Of a stretch of 64,000 bases of DNA, positions 1 through 7,845 are shown piece after piece (position 1 is the first letter of the stretch; every line of letters starts with the position of its first letter). Below the pieces are notes generated by a model. It ran no database searches. It was given only the letters and a program-made list of their open reading frames with translations, and was not told where the DNA came from. The stretch is from Eubacteriales bacterium. Lineage in GTDB: Bacteria; Bacillota; Clostridia; Oscillospirales; CAG-272. Made by a program: the position numbers and the translations under genes. The stretch lies in the NCBI GenBank assembly GCA_045120465.1, contig JBGVEW010000035.1, positions 212-64,211 on the forward strand. The letters run 5' to 3'.

Positions 1-58
1 CAACGCTTTTTGAAAGGGGGCTTCGTCAATGACTCAGCCCATACAGCGTCTCCCGCTA

Positions 59-2488
59 TCACTTTACCTTTTTCAGCTTCCAGATGCGCTGTGCGTATTC
101 TTCGATACTGCGGTCGGCGGCAAACTTGCCTGCTGCCGCGATATTGAGGAGCGACATACGGTTCCATCTTGCCTTATCGCGGTAAGCCTCGATCATTGCC
201 TCATGCGTCAGGCGGTAGGACTCAAAGTCCGCCATACACATATAAGGATCTGCCACGCCGTGACCGTTATTGAGGAGATACGACGCGATATCCGCAAAGG
301 ATTCGCCCGCAAAGCCGATAGAAAGCTGATTGATGATCTTGATCAATCGCTCGTTGGAAATATAATAGTTTGCCGCGCTGTAGCCGTTGAGCCAGAGCTG
401 TTCGACCTCGTCTGCCTTCAAACCAAAGATGAACATGTTCTCCTCGCCTGCGGCTTCCTGCATCTCAACGTTTGCACCGTCGAGCGTACCGATGGTGAGC
501 GCTCCGTTGATCATCAGCTTCATGCATCCCGTTCCGCTGGCTTCCTTACCCGCCAAAGAGATCTGTTCGCTGATCTCGGCAGAGGGAACGAGGGCTTCCG
601 CCATGCTGACGCTATAGTTTTCGAGGAACACGACGTTGAGCTTTTCGCGGATCTTGGGGTTTTGCTCAATGTCCTTACCGATCATGCAAAGCAGCTTGAT
701 GATGCGCTTTGCCATATCGTAGCCGGGAGCCGCCTTTGCGCCGAAAATAAAGGTCTGCGGCTGCATATCGAGGTCGGGATTCTCCTTGAGATCCAGGTAA
801 AGTCCAATGATATGGAGCGCGTTGAGAAGCTGTCTCTTATACTCGTGGAGACGCTTGATCTGCACGTCGTAAACCGAATGCGTATCGATCTTTTTGCCGG
901 TCTTTGCGGCAACGAGGTTGGAGAAGCGGATCTTGTTTTCGTGCTTGATGGCACGCATACGCTCCTTAACCGTCTCGTCATCCGCAAACTTTGCAAAGTC
1001 GGAAAGGCGTTCGGGTTGGTGACGGTAATCGGTTCCGATACACTCATCCAAAAGGGCGGCGAGCTTGGGATTGGAATAGCACAGCCAGCGGCGGTGCGCG
1101 ATACCGTTGGTAACGTTATCGAATCGTTCGGGATACATCCGATAAAAGTCCTTGAACGTGGAATCCTTGAGGATGCTCGAATGGAGCTCGGATACGCCGT
1201 TAACCGAGTGCGACGCGATGACCGACAGGTTTGCCATGCGGACCTGTCCGTAGCCGATGACGCTCATGTGCGAAATGCGACCCCAGTTGCCGGGGAACGC
1301 CGTCCATGCCTCGCGGCAGAAGCGCTCGTTGATCTCCTTGACGATGGAATAAATGCGCGGAAGCTTGAGGCGGAACAGATCCTCGTTCCACGTCTCCAGA
1401 GCCTCGGGCATAACGGTATGGTTGGTGTAGGAAACAGTGCGAGTCACGATGCTCCACGCCGCATCCCACGAAAAGAAATAATCGTCAATGAGGATGCGCA
1501 TCAATTCCGGAATGCAGAGCGCGGGATGCGTATCATTGATGTGAATTGCCACCTTGTCGGGCAGGTTATCCAAGCGTCCGTACACCGCCATGTGGTCGCG
1601 GATGATGCTTTGGATGGATGCCGAAACAAGGAAATACTGCTGCGACAGGCGGAGCAGCTTGCCCTCGGTGTGGTTATCCGACGGGTACAAGACCTTGGAA
1701 ATGATCTCCGCGTTGGTGCTCTCCTCCAGTGCTCTGGTGTACTGTCCTTGTGTAAAGAGGCGCATATCGAACTTTTGCGTGTTTCTCGCGCGCCACAAAC
1801 GGAGCTGGCTGACCGCGGTGCTGTCCGCGCCCGAGATCATCATGTCGTAAGGAACTGCCTCGATCTCCTCGCAATCGTCGTAAAGGATCTCGCAGTGTCC
1901 GTCCGATCTCCACTCCTCGCGGATCTTGCCGCCAAAGCGCACCTTATACGTGCGGTCGGTTCTGGGAACGAGCCATACCTCGCCGCCCGGGAGCCAGATG
2001 TCGGGGGTCTCGACCTGAATACCGTCCACGATCATTTGCTTGAACAATCCGTACTCGTAGCAGATCGAAAAGCCCGTTGCGGGATAATCCAGCGACGAAA
2101 GCGAATCCATAAAGCACGCGGCAAGTCTGCCAAGACCGCCGTTGCCAAGCCCTGCGTCGGGTTCGCACTCGTAAAGATCCTCCAGATCAAATCCGAGCTT
2201 TTTCAGTGCCTTTTCATACGCGCCTGCAAGTCCGAGATTGCAAAGGTTGGTTTTGAGCGAGCGTCCAAGCAAAAATTCCATGCACATGTAGTACACGCGC
2301 TTGGCACCTGCCGCGTTGACCTTCTTTTTGTAAGCGGAACGCTTGTCACTTAAAATATTCTTGACCGTGATCGCCGCCGCCTTGTACATCTGGTCGCGCG
2401 ATGCCTCTGCTGCCGTACATCCAAAATGGCGTTGCAGCACGCTCTCCAGCAATTCCTTGACCTCTGCACTGTTGGGATTGTAATTCAT
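59..2488 (-). CDS. glgP: glycogen/maltodextrin phosphorylase (GT35 family)
   Basis: 809-aa ORF with ATG at 2488-2486 and GGAGG about 12 nt upstream. Full-length alpha-glucan phosphorylase pattern, including the PLP-lysine motif EASGTGCMKLMINGA. TGA stop at 61-59. Confidence 0.95.
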   Translation of the reverse strand: MNYNPNSAEVKELLESVLQRHFGCTAAEASRDQMYKAAAITVKNILSDKRSAYKKKVNAAGAKRVYYMCMEFLLGRSLKTNLCNLGLAGAYEKALKKLGFDLEDLYECEPDAGLGNGGLGRLAACFMDSLSSLDYPATGFSICYEYGLFKQMIVDGIQVETPDIWLPGGEVWLVPRTDRTYKVRFGGKIREEWRSDGHCEILYDDCEEIEAVPYDMMISGADSTAVSQLRLWRARNTQKFDMRLFTQGQYTRALEESTNAEIISKVLYPSDNHTEGKLLRLSQQYFLVSASIQSIIRDHMAVYGRLDNLPDKVAIHINDTHPALCIPELMRILIDDYFFSWDAAWSIVTRTVSYTNHTVMPEALETWNEDLFRLKLPRIYSIVKEINERFCREAWTAFPGNWGRISHMSVIGYGQVRMANLSVIASHSVNGVSELHSSILKDSTFKDFYRMYPERFDNVTNGIAHRRWLCYSNPKLAALLDECIGTDYRHQPERLSDFAKFADDETVKERMRAIKHENKIRFSNLVAAKTGKKIDTHSVYDVQIKRLHEYKRQLLNALHIIGLYLDLKENPDLDMQPQTFIFGAKAAPGYDMAKRIIKLLCMIGKDIEQNPKIREKLNVVFLENYSVSMAEALVPSAEISEQISLAGKEASGTGCMKLMINGALTIGTLDGANVEMQEAAGEENMFIFGLKADEVEQLWLNGYSAANYYISNERLIKIINQLSIGFAGESFADIASYLLNNGHGVADPYMCMADFESYRLTHEAMIEAYRDKARWNRMSLLNIAAAGKFAADRSIEEYAQRIWKLKKVK

Positions 2489-2570
2489 AACAAATGAGCC
2501 TCCTTGGTTTTATCGCTCCCCGCCCCTTGCGGGAAGTGTGTGTTGGAATATGGTTTGGGTTTGGGTTTGT

Positions 2571-2712
2571 TTTTTTGGGGAAAACTTTTACCGCCTTTTT
2601 GATAGCCTACCCTCTACGGGAATCGCTCTCATGTCGGTTCCTTTTTTCATGCTCTGCGTGGTTCTTTTCCTCATTTTTCATTCCGCATTTTGCATTTTGC
2701 ATTTTGCATTTT
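2571..2712. repeat. partial copy of intergenic repeat family A (half hairpin plus body)
   Basis: The stretch ttttttggggaaaacttttaccgcctttttgatagcctaccctctacgggaatcgctctca...catgctctgcg aligns with the copies at 4181-4704 and 6336-6920. It lies directly 5' of the glgP start. Confidence 0.6.
2685..2712. repeat. (GCATTTT)x4 heptanucleotide tandem repeat
   Basis: Four perfect consecutive GCATTTT units read directly; they abut and overlap the glgA TAA stop (2713-2711). Confidence 0.85.
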
Positions 2713-4141
2713 AAAGTCCCGCGTACAGTTCGAGGTATTTCTCGGCGGAAGTATTCCACGAAAAATCGGTTTTCATAATTTTGGTAACCAGTTTTTTGCG
2801 CGCCTTGGGGTCATTCCAAAGGGCAATTGCCGCCTCGGTGCGTTCACGAAGCTCGTCAGCGCGGTAATTGGCAAAGGTAAAGCCGTTGCCGTGGATGGTA
2901 TTTCCTTCGGTCCAATAGGGCTTGATGGAATCGTACAAACCGCCCGTTTCGCGCACCACGGGGATGGCACCGTAGCGCGACGCGATCATTTGCGAAAGTC
3001 CGCACGGCTCGCTCTTGGAAGGCATGAGGAAGATATCGGTTGCCGCATAGATGCGCTTGGAAAGGTCACGGTCGTAGGTGATCAGAGCGCGCACCTTTTC
3101 GGGGAACGCCGCTTCCAGGTCGCAAAACAGCTTTTCGTATTTTGCTTCGCCCTTGCCGAGAATCACGAGCTGGACGTCGTTATTTGCAACGATATCCCAA
3201 ATGCACTCCGAAACGATGTCCAGCCCCTTATGGGATGCCAGACGCGTGATCAGGGAGAGCATGGGAACGTCACTCGTTTCGGGGAGTCCGACCTCTTTTT
3301 GCATTGCCTTTTTATTCTTTGCTTTTCCGGCAAGGCGGGTAGGCGTAAAGGGTGCGGCAATGCCGCTCTCCTCGGGATCGTAGTAAGTGTAATCGATTCC
3401 GTTCAGAATTCCCGTCAGCTTGTGCGCGTTGCGAACGAGGCAGGATTCCAACCCGTGTGCGTACTCTGCCGTGGTGATCTCCTCGGCATATCTGGGGCTG
3501 ACCGTACTGACGCGATCGGCACACTCGATTGCCGCCTTCATCAAATTGATGCATCCGCCGTGATCCATCAGGCTATGCTCGTTTTCGCCCATTGCGAACA
3601 CGTCGCCCAAAATTGCAAAATCGTACTGTCCCTGATACTCAATGTTGTGGATGGTGAACGCGGTGCGGATATCGCGGTATCCCTCGCGGTTGCGATAAAT
3701 GCAGTTGAGATACACCACCGACAGTGCCGACTGCCAATCATGCGCGTGCAGCACGTCGGGGTAGTACTGCAAGCGGTTCATCATTTCCAGCACCGCCATG
3801 CAGAAATACGCATATCTCTCACCGTCGTCAAAAAATCCGTACAGTGCGGGACGCTTGAAATAGTATTCGTTATCAATAAAATAGTAAGTGACTCCGTCCT
3901 TCTGCAAGCTATACACGCCGCAATACTGCTGACGCCATGCGAGATCGACGTAAAAAACAGCCTCTTCCTTCATCTGTCGGCGCCACTCGTCCTTCACCGC
4001 CGCGTAAAGCGGAAGCACTACGCGCACGTCAACCTCTCCCGTTTTGGCAAGTGCCGCAGGGAGAGAACCCATCACGTCACCAAGTCCGCCCGTTGCCGCA
4101 AACGGCATCGCCTCGGCTCCTACAAATAAAATCTTCTTCAT
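2711..4141 (-). CDS. glgA: glycogen synthase (starch synthase, GT5)
   Basis: The conserved N-terminus MKKILFVGAEAMPFAATGGLGDVMGSLP (K-x-GGL motif) starts at the ATG at 4141-4139. The 50 codons upstream in the ORF track run through repeat DNA and are rejected. Confidence 0.93.
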   Translation of the reverse strand: MKKILFVGAEAMPFAATGGLGDVMGSLPAALAKTGEVDVRVVLPLYAAVKDEWRRQMKEEAVFYVDLAWRQQYCGVYSLQKDGVTYYFIDNEYYFKRPALYGFFDDGERYAYFCMAVLEMMNRLQYYPDVLHAHDWQSALSVVYLNCIYRNREGYRDIRTAFTIHNIEYQGQYDFAILGDVFAMGENEHSLMDHGGCINLMKAAIECADRVSTVSPRYAEEITTAEYAHGLESCLVRNAHKLTGILNGIDYTYYDPEESGIAAPFTPTRLAGKAKNKKAMQKEVGLPETSDVPMLSLITRLASHKGLDIVSECIWDIVANNDVQLVILGKGEAKYEKLFCDLEAAFPEKVRALITYDRDLSKRIYAATDIFLMPSKSEPCGLSQMIASRYGAIPVVRETGGLYDSIKPYWTEGNTIHGNGFTFANYRADELRERTEAAIALWNDPKARKKLVTKIMKTDFSWNTSAEKYLELYAGL

Positions 4142-4180
4142 TTGGTTTCCTCTTTGTTTGTTTTTTGTTTGTGGCAGAGT

Positions 4181-4704
4181 TTTTTCTTGTTTTTTTCTTG
4201 GAGAACCTTCTTTCAAGAAGGTTCTCCAAACCTCTCCAAGAACTTTTACCGCCTTTTTTGATAGCCTACCCTCTACAAGAATCGCTCTCAAAGTGGTTCC
4301 TCTTTTTCTGCTCTGCGCTTGGCGTTAGCCTTCGTGCAGAACAGACTCGACTTACTTTCTTTCTCTCGCACGCTGACGGAAGAATTGCTCCCGCAAGCGT
4401 TTTGGTACCACCACCCAAAACGCTCACCAAAAGTAGTTTGCTATGTGTTTTTTCTTGGGAAAACTTTTGAAAAAGTTTTCCCAAACCCTTTCAAAACTTT
4501 TATCGCATTTTTGTTGGCGTACCCTCTACGGGAATCTCTCTCATTGCGATTCCTTTTTTCATGCTCTGCGCTTGGCGCAAGCCACCGTGCAGAGCAGACT
4601 CTACTTACTTTCTTTCTCTCGCACGCTGACGGCACAATAGCTCCCGCAAGCGTTTTGGGACCCACGACCACAAAACGCTCCACAAAGTTAGTTTTGCGTG
4701 GGGA
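4181..4704. repeat. two tandem copies (A1, A2) of a ~255-nt structured intergenic repeat, family A
   Basis: Each unit has a T-rich tract, a perfect hairpin (4200-4227 ggagaaccttct/agaaggttctcc; 4457-4482 gggaaaactttt/aaaagttttccc), a conserved body (cttttaccgcc..ccctctac..gctctgcgc..ctttctctcgcacgctgacgg..gctcccgcaagcg) and a second hairpin gcgttttgg..ccaaaacgc. Confidence 0.85.
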
Positions 4705-4740
4705 TTTTTCTCATTTTGCAGTTCGCATTTTTCATTTTTT

Positions 4741-5095
4741 CGTGTCATCCTGAGCGAAAGGCGTAGCCTGTAGTCGAACTTTGCGGAATGAGCCTCGGGC
4801 ACGCAGTGCCGCGAATGGAGCAAAGCGCGAGGGCTGTGCCCGAAGCGGGATCTATTAACGATTACCAATAGCCCTTGATAGAAAAAGTAACATTTGCATG
4901 TGGAAAGCGATTAAGACTCCAAACAAGATCCCATCGTCGCTCCGCTCCTCGGTTTTGCTCCATTCCGCGGGGCTTCATTTCGAAAAACTTCGACTGCGCA
5001 CCGCGAGAATAACCGTTTGGAAAGGCTTCCCCCCGTGGGGAAGCTCCCAACGGAGTCGGGTGATGAGGTGTAGGATGCGGAACATCCGTATTCCT
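4741..5095. repeat. mosaic of other short repeat modules, including an inverted pair
   Basis: 4741-4830 (gtcatcctgagcgaaaggcg..ttcgaactttgcggaatgagcc..gcgaatggagcaaa) recurs inverted at about 4960-5015 (tttgctccattccgcgg..ttcatttcgaaaaacttcgactgcg). The module ggggaagctcccaacggagtcgggtgatgaggtg (about 5038-5071) resembles ggggaggtggcacggcttgccgtgacggaaaggg at about 6952-6985. Confidence 0.45.
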
Positions 5096-5132
5096 CATTG
5101 GATTGGTGGCGTCCTCGTTCTTACAAAAAAAC

Positions 5133-6284
5133 TTACTCCTTCATTCGAACAGGCAGGAGCATAAAGAGCTCCTTGGTGTCCTCTTTTTCCTCTGCGGGTT
5201 CGATGTTGATGCTGGTCAGAGGCGAGGTCATGGAGATGCGCACCTTTTCGGCATCGGTGGCTCTGAGGCTATCGATGAGAAAACGGTTATTGAACGCGAT
5301 CAAAAGGTCGCCGCCCTCCTGCTCCACCTCAACCTCGTCATAGGTCGATCCGAGCGTCGAAACAGCCGAAATCTTGAGCACACCGCTATCAAAATCAAGC
5401 TTTACGTGCGAACGGACGCTTCCCGCCACCTTTTCCTCGGTGATAAGAGCCGCTCTTTCCAAAGCCGCAATCATTCTCTCACGGTCAACCGTTGCAAAAA
5501 TACGGTGCGAATTGAGAATAATACGGTCAAAATCAATGTACTGTCCCTCAATGAGACGGGAGAAGAAAATGATCTCTCCAATATGGAACACGATATTTTT
5601 ACGGGTCAGATAGATGCGCACAGTCTCTCTCTCGTCATCCTTGAGGAGCTTGAACAATTCTCCCACGGTTTTTGTGGGGATGATGAAGGAGAAGCGCAGG
5701 TCGCTGCCGTCCTCGTTCTTATTTTCGATATCTGCCTTTGCAAGACATTTTGCAAGCTTGTAGCTATCGCAGGACACTGCCAGCATCTCGTCTCCCGTAA
5801 TACGGAAATAACATCCGTTGAGAACGGGACGCTGATCGTTTGCCGCCATTGCGTACATCACCTTGGAAAGCATACTCTTGAGCATTGACTGACCGATAAC
5901 AAAGCCGTCCTCGGTAACGAGTCTTGGAATTTGAGGATAGTCTGCCGAATTCATCGAATTCATCTTGTGGCTGGACTTACCGCTCTCGATGCACGCCTGC
6001 AACCCATCGTTAACGGTAAGGGTAACGAATTCCCCCTCCATTACGCGAAGCGTCTGAACGAACTTTTGCGCGTTGATGATTGCCGCACCCGGTTCCTCGA
6101 CCTGTGCCGTCACCGAAATGCGCATTCCCTTTTCCAAATCGAAGGTCGTCATCTCACAGTTGCCGTCCGCGGTAGCGTTGAGAAGGATTCCCTCCACCGC
6201 CGAAAGCGTTGCCTTGCCCGACACCGCACACATCAACGGAGCTACTGCGTCGCTGATCTCTTGTCTCTTGAAAATAATCTTCAT
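5133..6284 (-). CDS. dnaN: DNA polymerase III beta sliding clamp
   Basis: 383-aa product starting MKIIFKRQEISDAVAPLMCAVSGKATLSAVEGILLNA (typical DnaN N-terminus) from the ATG at 6284-6282, with GAAAGGG upstream. The 98-codon N-terminal extension in the ORF track lies in repeat DNA. Confidence 0.9.
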   Translation of the reverse strand: MKIIFKRQEISDAVAPLMCAVSGKATLSAVEGILLNATADGNCEMTTFDLEKGMRISVTAQVEEPGAAIINAQKFVQTLRVMEGEFVTLTVNDGLQACIESGKSSHKMNSMNSADYPQIPRLVTEDGFVIGQSMLKSMLSKVMYAMAANDQRPVLNGCYFRITGDEMLAVSCDSYKLAKCLAKADIENKNEDGSDLRFSFIIPTKTVGELFKLLKDDERETVRIYLTRKNIVFHIGEIIFFSRLIEGQYIDFDRIILNSHRIFATVDRERMIAALERAALITEEKVAGSVRSHVKLDFDSGVLKISAVSTLGSTYDEVEVEQEGGDLLIAFNNRFLIDSLRATDAEKVRISMTSPLTSINIEPAEEKEDTKELFMLLPVRMKE

Positions 6285-6335
6285 ATCTAAAACCCTTTCG
6301 AATTGATAATCGTGTTGTTTTTTTTCTTTTCTTCT

Positions 6336-6920
6336 TTTTTGTTTTTTCTTGGAGAACCTTCTTGAAAGAAGGTTCTCCAAACCTCTCCAAGAACTTTTAC
6401 CGCCTTTTTTATAGCACCCTCTTTGAAAGGAATATTCAAAGCCTTTCCACCGAAGGTGCTCTGCGCTCGGTAAAAGCCTTGATGCAGTACAGACTCTGCT
6501 GAATTTCTTTCTCTCGCACGCTGACGGAAGAATCGCTCCCGCAAGCGTTTTGGTACCACCACCCAAAACGCTCCACAAAGTTAGTTTTGCGTGGGGGATT
6601 TTCGTGGGAAACTTTTTTCAAAAAGTTTCCCACACCCTTCAAAAACTTTTACCGCATTTTTGTTAGCCTACCCTCTGTAGGAACCGCTCTCAAAGCACTC
6701 CCTATTTTCATGCTCTGCGCTCGGTAAAAGCCTTGATGCAGTACAGATTTTGCTGAATTTGTTTCTTTCGCACGCTGACGGAGCAATCGCTCCCGCAAGC
6801 AATTTGGTACCACTTCTCGCTGCGGCTCGGTCACGCTCGCGTTCTGACACCACACCGTGGTGTCATTCATCCCGCTCGCGCCGCTTCGCTACCCAAAACG
6901 CTCCACAAAGTTAGTTTACC
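6336..6920. repeat. two tandem copies (A3, A4) of repeat family A; A4 carries a nested 77-nt insertion
   Basis: Hairpins at 6351-6378 (ggagaaccttct/agaaggttctcc) and 6606-6631 (gggaaacttttt/aaaaagtttccc), with the same conserved body as 4181-4704. In A4 the gcgttttgg..ccaaaacgc hairpin loop is interrupted at 6814-6890. Confidence 0.85.
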
Positions 6921-7085
6921 CATGGCAAAACAACTTTTGCCTCCCACTCTTGGGGAGGTGGCACGGCTTGCCGTGACGGAAAGGGCGCATTTTACATTCC
7001 CCTCGCCCCGCGCTCGCGCGATAGCCCTATAGCCTAATAGACATATATATAATATCGTAGTGATAGTAGTAAGGGCTGCGGAAAG

Positions 7086-7491
7086 TGTGGAAAACTCAAA
7101 AAAGCCTTATGCCGCTTGACTTTTTTGGATGCGTCGATTTGGGAAACCTGTTGAGTGTCATAGGTGTCAAACGGTGGAATTCGGTTTTGACGATGTGAAG
7201 AACTCTCCGATTGGGGTTCTTTTGGATCCCAAATGGCACACTATGGCACGTTTTCCACTTTTCCACAAGGGTTTTCCACAAGGAAAAGTCGATTTTTTTC
7301 GATTTTTGTCATTTTTTGCGGAGTTTTCCACTCCTTGACTTCAAACGGCTATCAACAGCAATTTTGTCATATGCCGCTTGACGTTTTTGATTTTTCTCCA
7401 CACCCGTTAACGGACTTTTGATAGGTTTTTTACACCACTTTTCCACAGGTGTTGAAAACCATGTGGAAAACTTGTGCTTTGGTGTGGAAAG
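7086..7491. promoter_or_regulatory. DnaA-box cluster (oriC-like region)
   Basis: Perfect TTTTCCACA at 7259-7267, 7272-7280 and 7439-7447 (+) and at 7086-7094 and 7462-7470 (-). One-mismatch boxes at 7251-7259, 7324-7332, 7394-7402 and 7483-7491. AT-rich tracts lie at about 7040-7075 and 7583-7617, and dnaN is 0.8 kb away. Confidence 0.6.
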
Positions 7492-7570
7492 GCATTTTTG
7501 TAACAGAAAAAGGTTCTTTTTTGGAAAGCTTCACCGTTAAAAAGTTCTTTCCGTCCGGAGAGTTCAGGCT

Positions 7571-7790
7571 ACTGCCAACCTCTATTATAAAAAAGTTTTT
7601 TTAAAATACATAAATTTGCTGCCCACTTTTTCTTTGCAAGAAAGAGGCGCAAAGAAAAAGTTAGCAAAAAGAAACGCCAAAAGAGAGAGTTCGCACGTTG
7701 CGACGGGCGAGGAGGGTGTTGCCCCTCCACCCCACAAACTTTTGAAAAAGTTTGATCAAAACTTTTGTCAAACTGACGAAACTCGTTAGT
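7571..7790. repeat. copy B1 of a second ~210-nt intergenic repeat family (B)
   Basis: It aligns with 59671-59885, sharing actgNcaaccNctattataaaaaa, ggcgcaa(a/g)agaaaag..caaaa(a)gagaaacgcc..ttcgcac and the hairpin caaacttttgaaaaagtttg (7735-7754) followed by caaaactttt. Confidence 0.7.
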
Positions 7791-7805
7791 TTTGTCTATA
7801 GTTTG

Positions 7806-7830
7806 GGGGCTGAGTCAATGACTCAGCCCC
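7806..7830. terminator. GC-rich hairpin downstream of the TIGR00266-family gene
   Basis: ggggctgagtca-a-tgactcagcccc forms a perfect 12-bp stem. The T-rich tract lies on the + side only, so its role as a minus-strand terminator is uncertain. Confidence 0.4.
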
Positions 7831-7845
7831 TTCGTTTTCTGTTTC

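Noticed and set aside
4044-4868. Small ORFs inside the repeat arrays, e.g. 4044-4328, 4266-4484, 4319-4753, 4441-4683 and 4605-4868, and the equivalents 6287-6562, 6436-6642, 6649-6870 and 6668-6853
   Set aside because: They lie entirely in repeat families A and related modules and occur on both strands and in several frames of the same DNA. They lack SD sites, and the repeat copies differ by frame-breaking indels. This is typical of mis-annotated repeat-derived ORFs.
5133-6578. N-terminally extended versions of real genes in the ORF track: dnaN 481 aa, glgA 526 aa, TIGR00266 276 aa, ArsR-like 377 aa, AraC 301 aa, 14780-16846, 57316-58113, 59930-60613 and 62216-63442
   Set aside because: In each case the conserved protein starts at an internal ATG preceded by a good SD. 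The upstream extension runs through repeat or intergenic DNA or overlaps the neighbouring gene. Some track starts are GTG or TTG (42852, 56818).
4181-6920. Possibility that the repeated units are a CRISPR array
   Set aside because: The units are about 255 nt and directly abut each other. There are no short (25-40 nt) repeats alternating with unique spacers, and no cas genes are in the window.
6921-7845. Search for a dnaA gene or any other CDS in the 1.56-kb gap upstream of dnaN
   Set aside because: Only 61-69-aa ORFs (7096-7281, 7129-7338, 7233-7421) are present. They are built from the DnaA-box and T-rich sequence itself and have no SD. The region is treated as non-coding.
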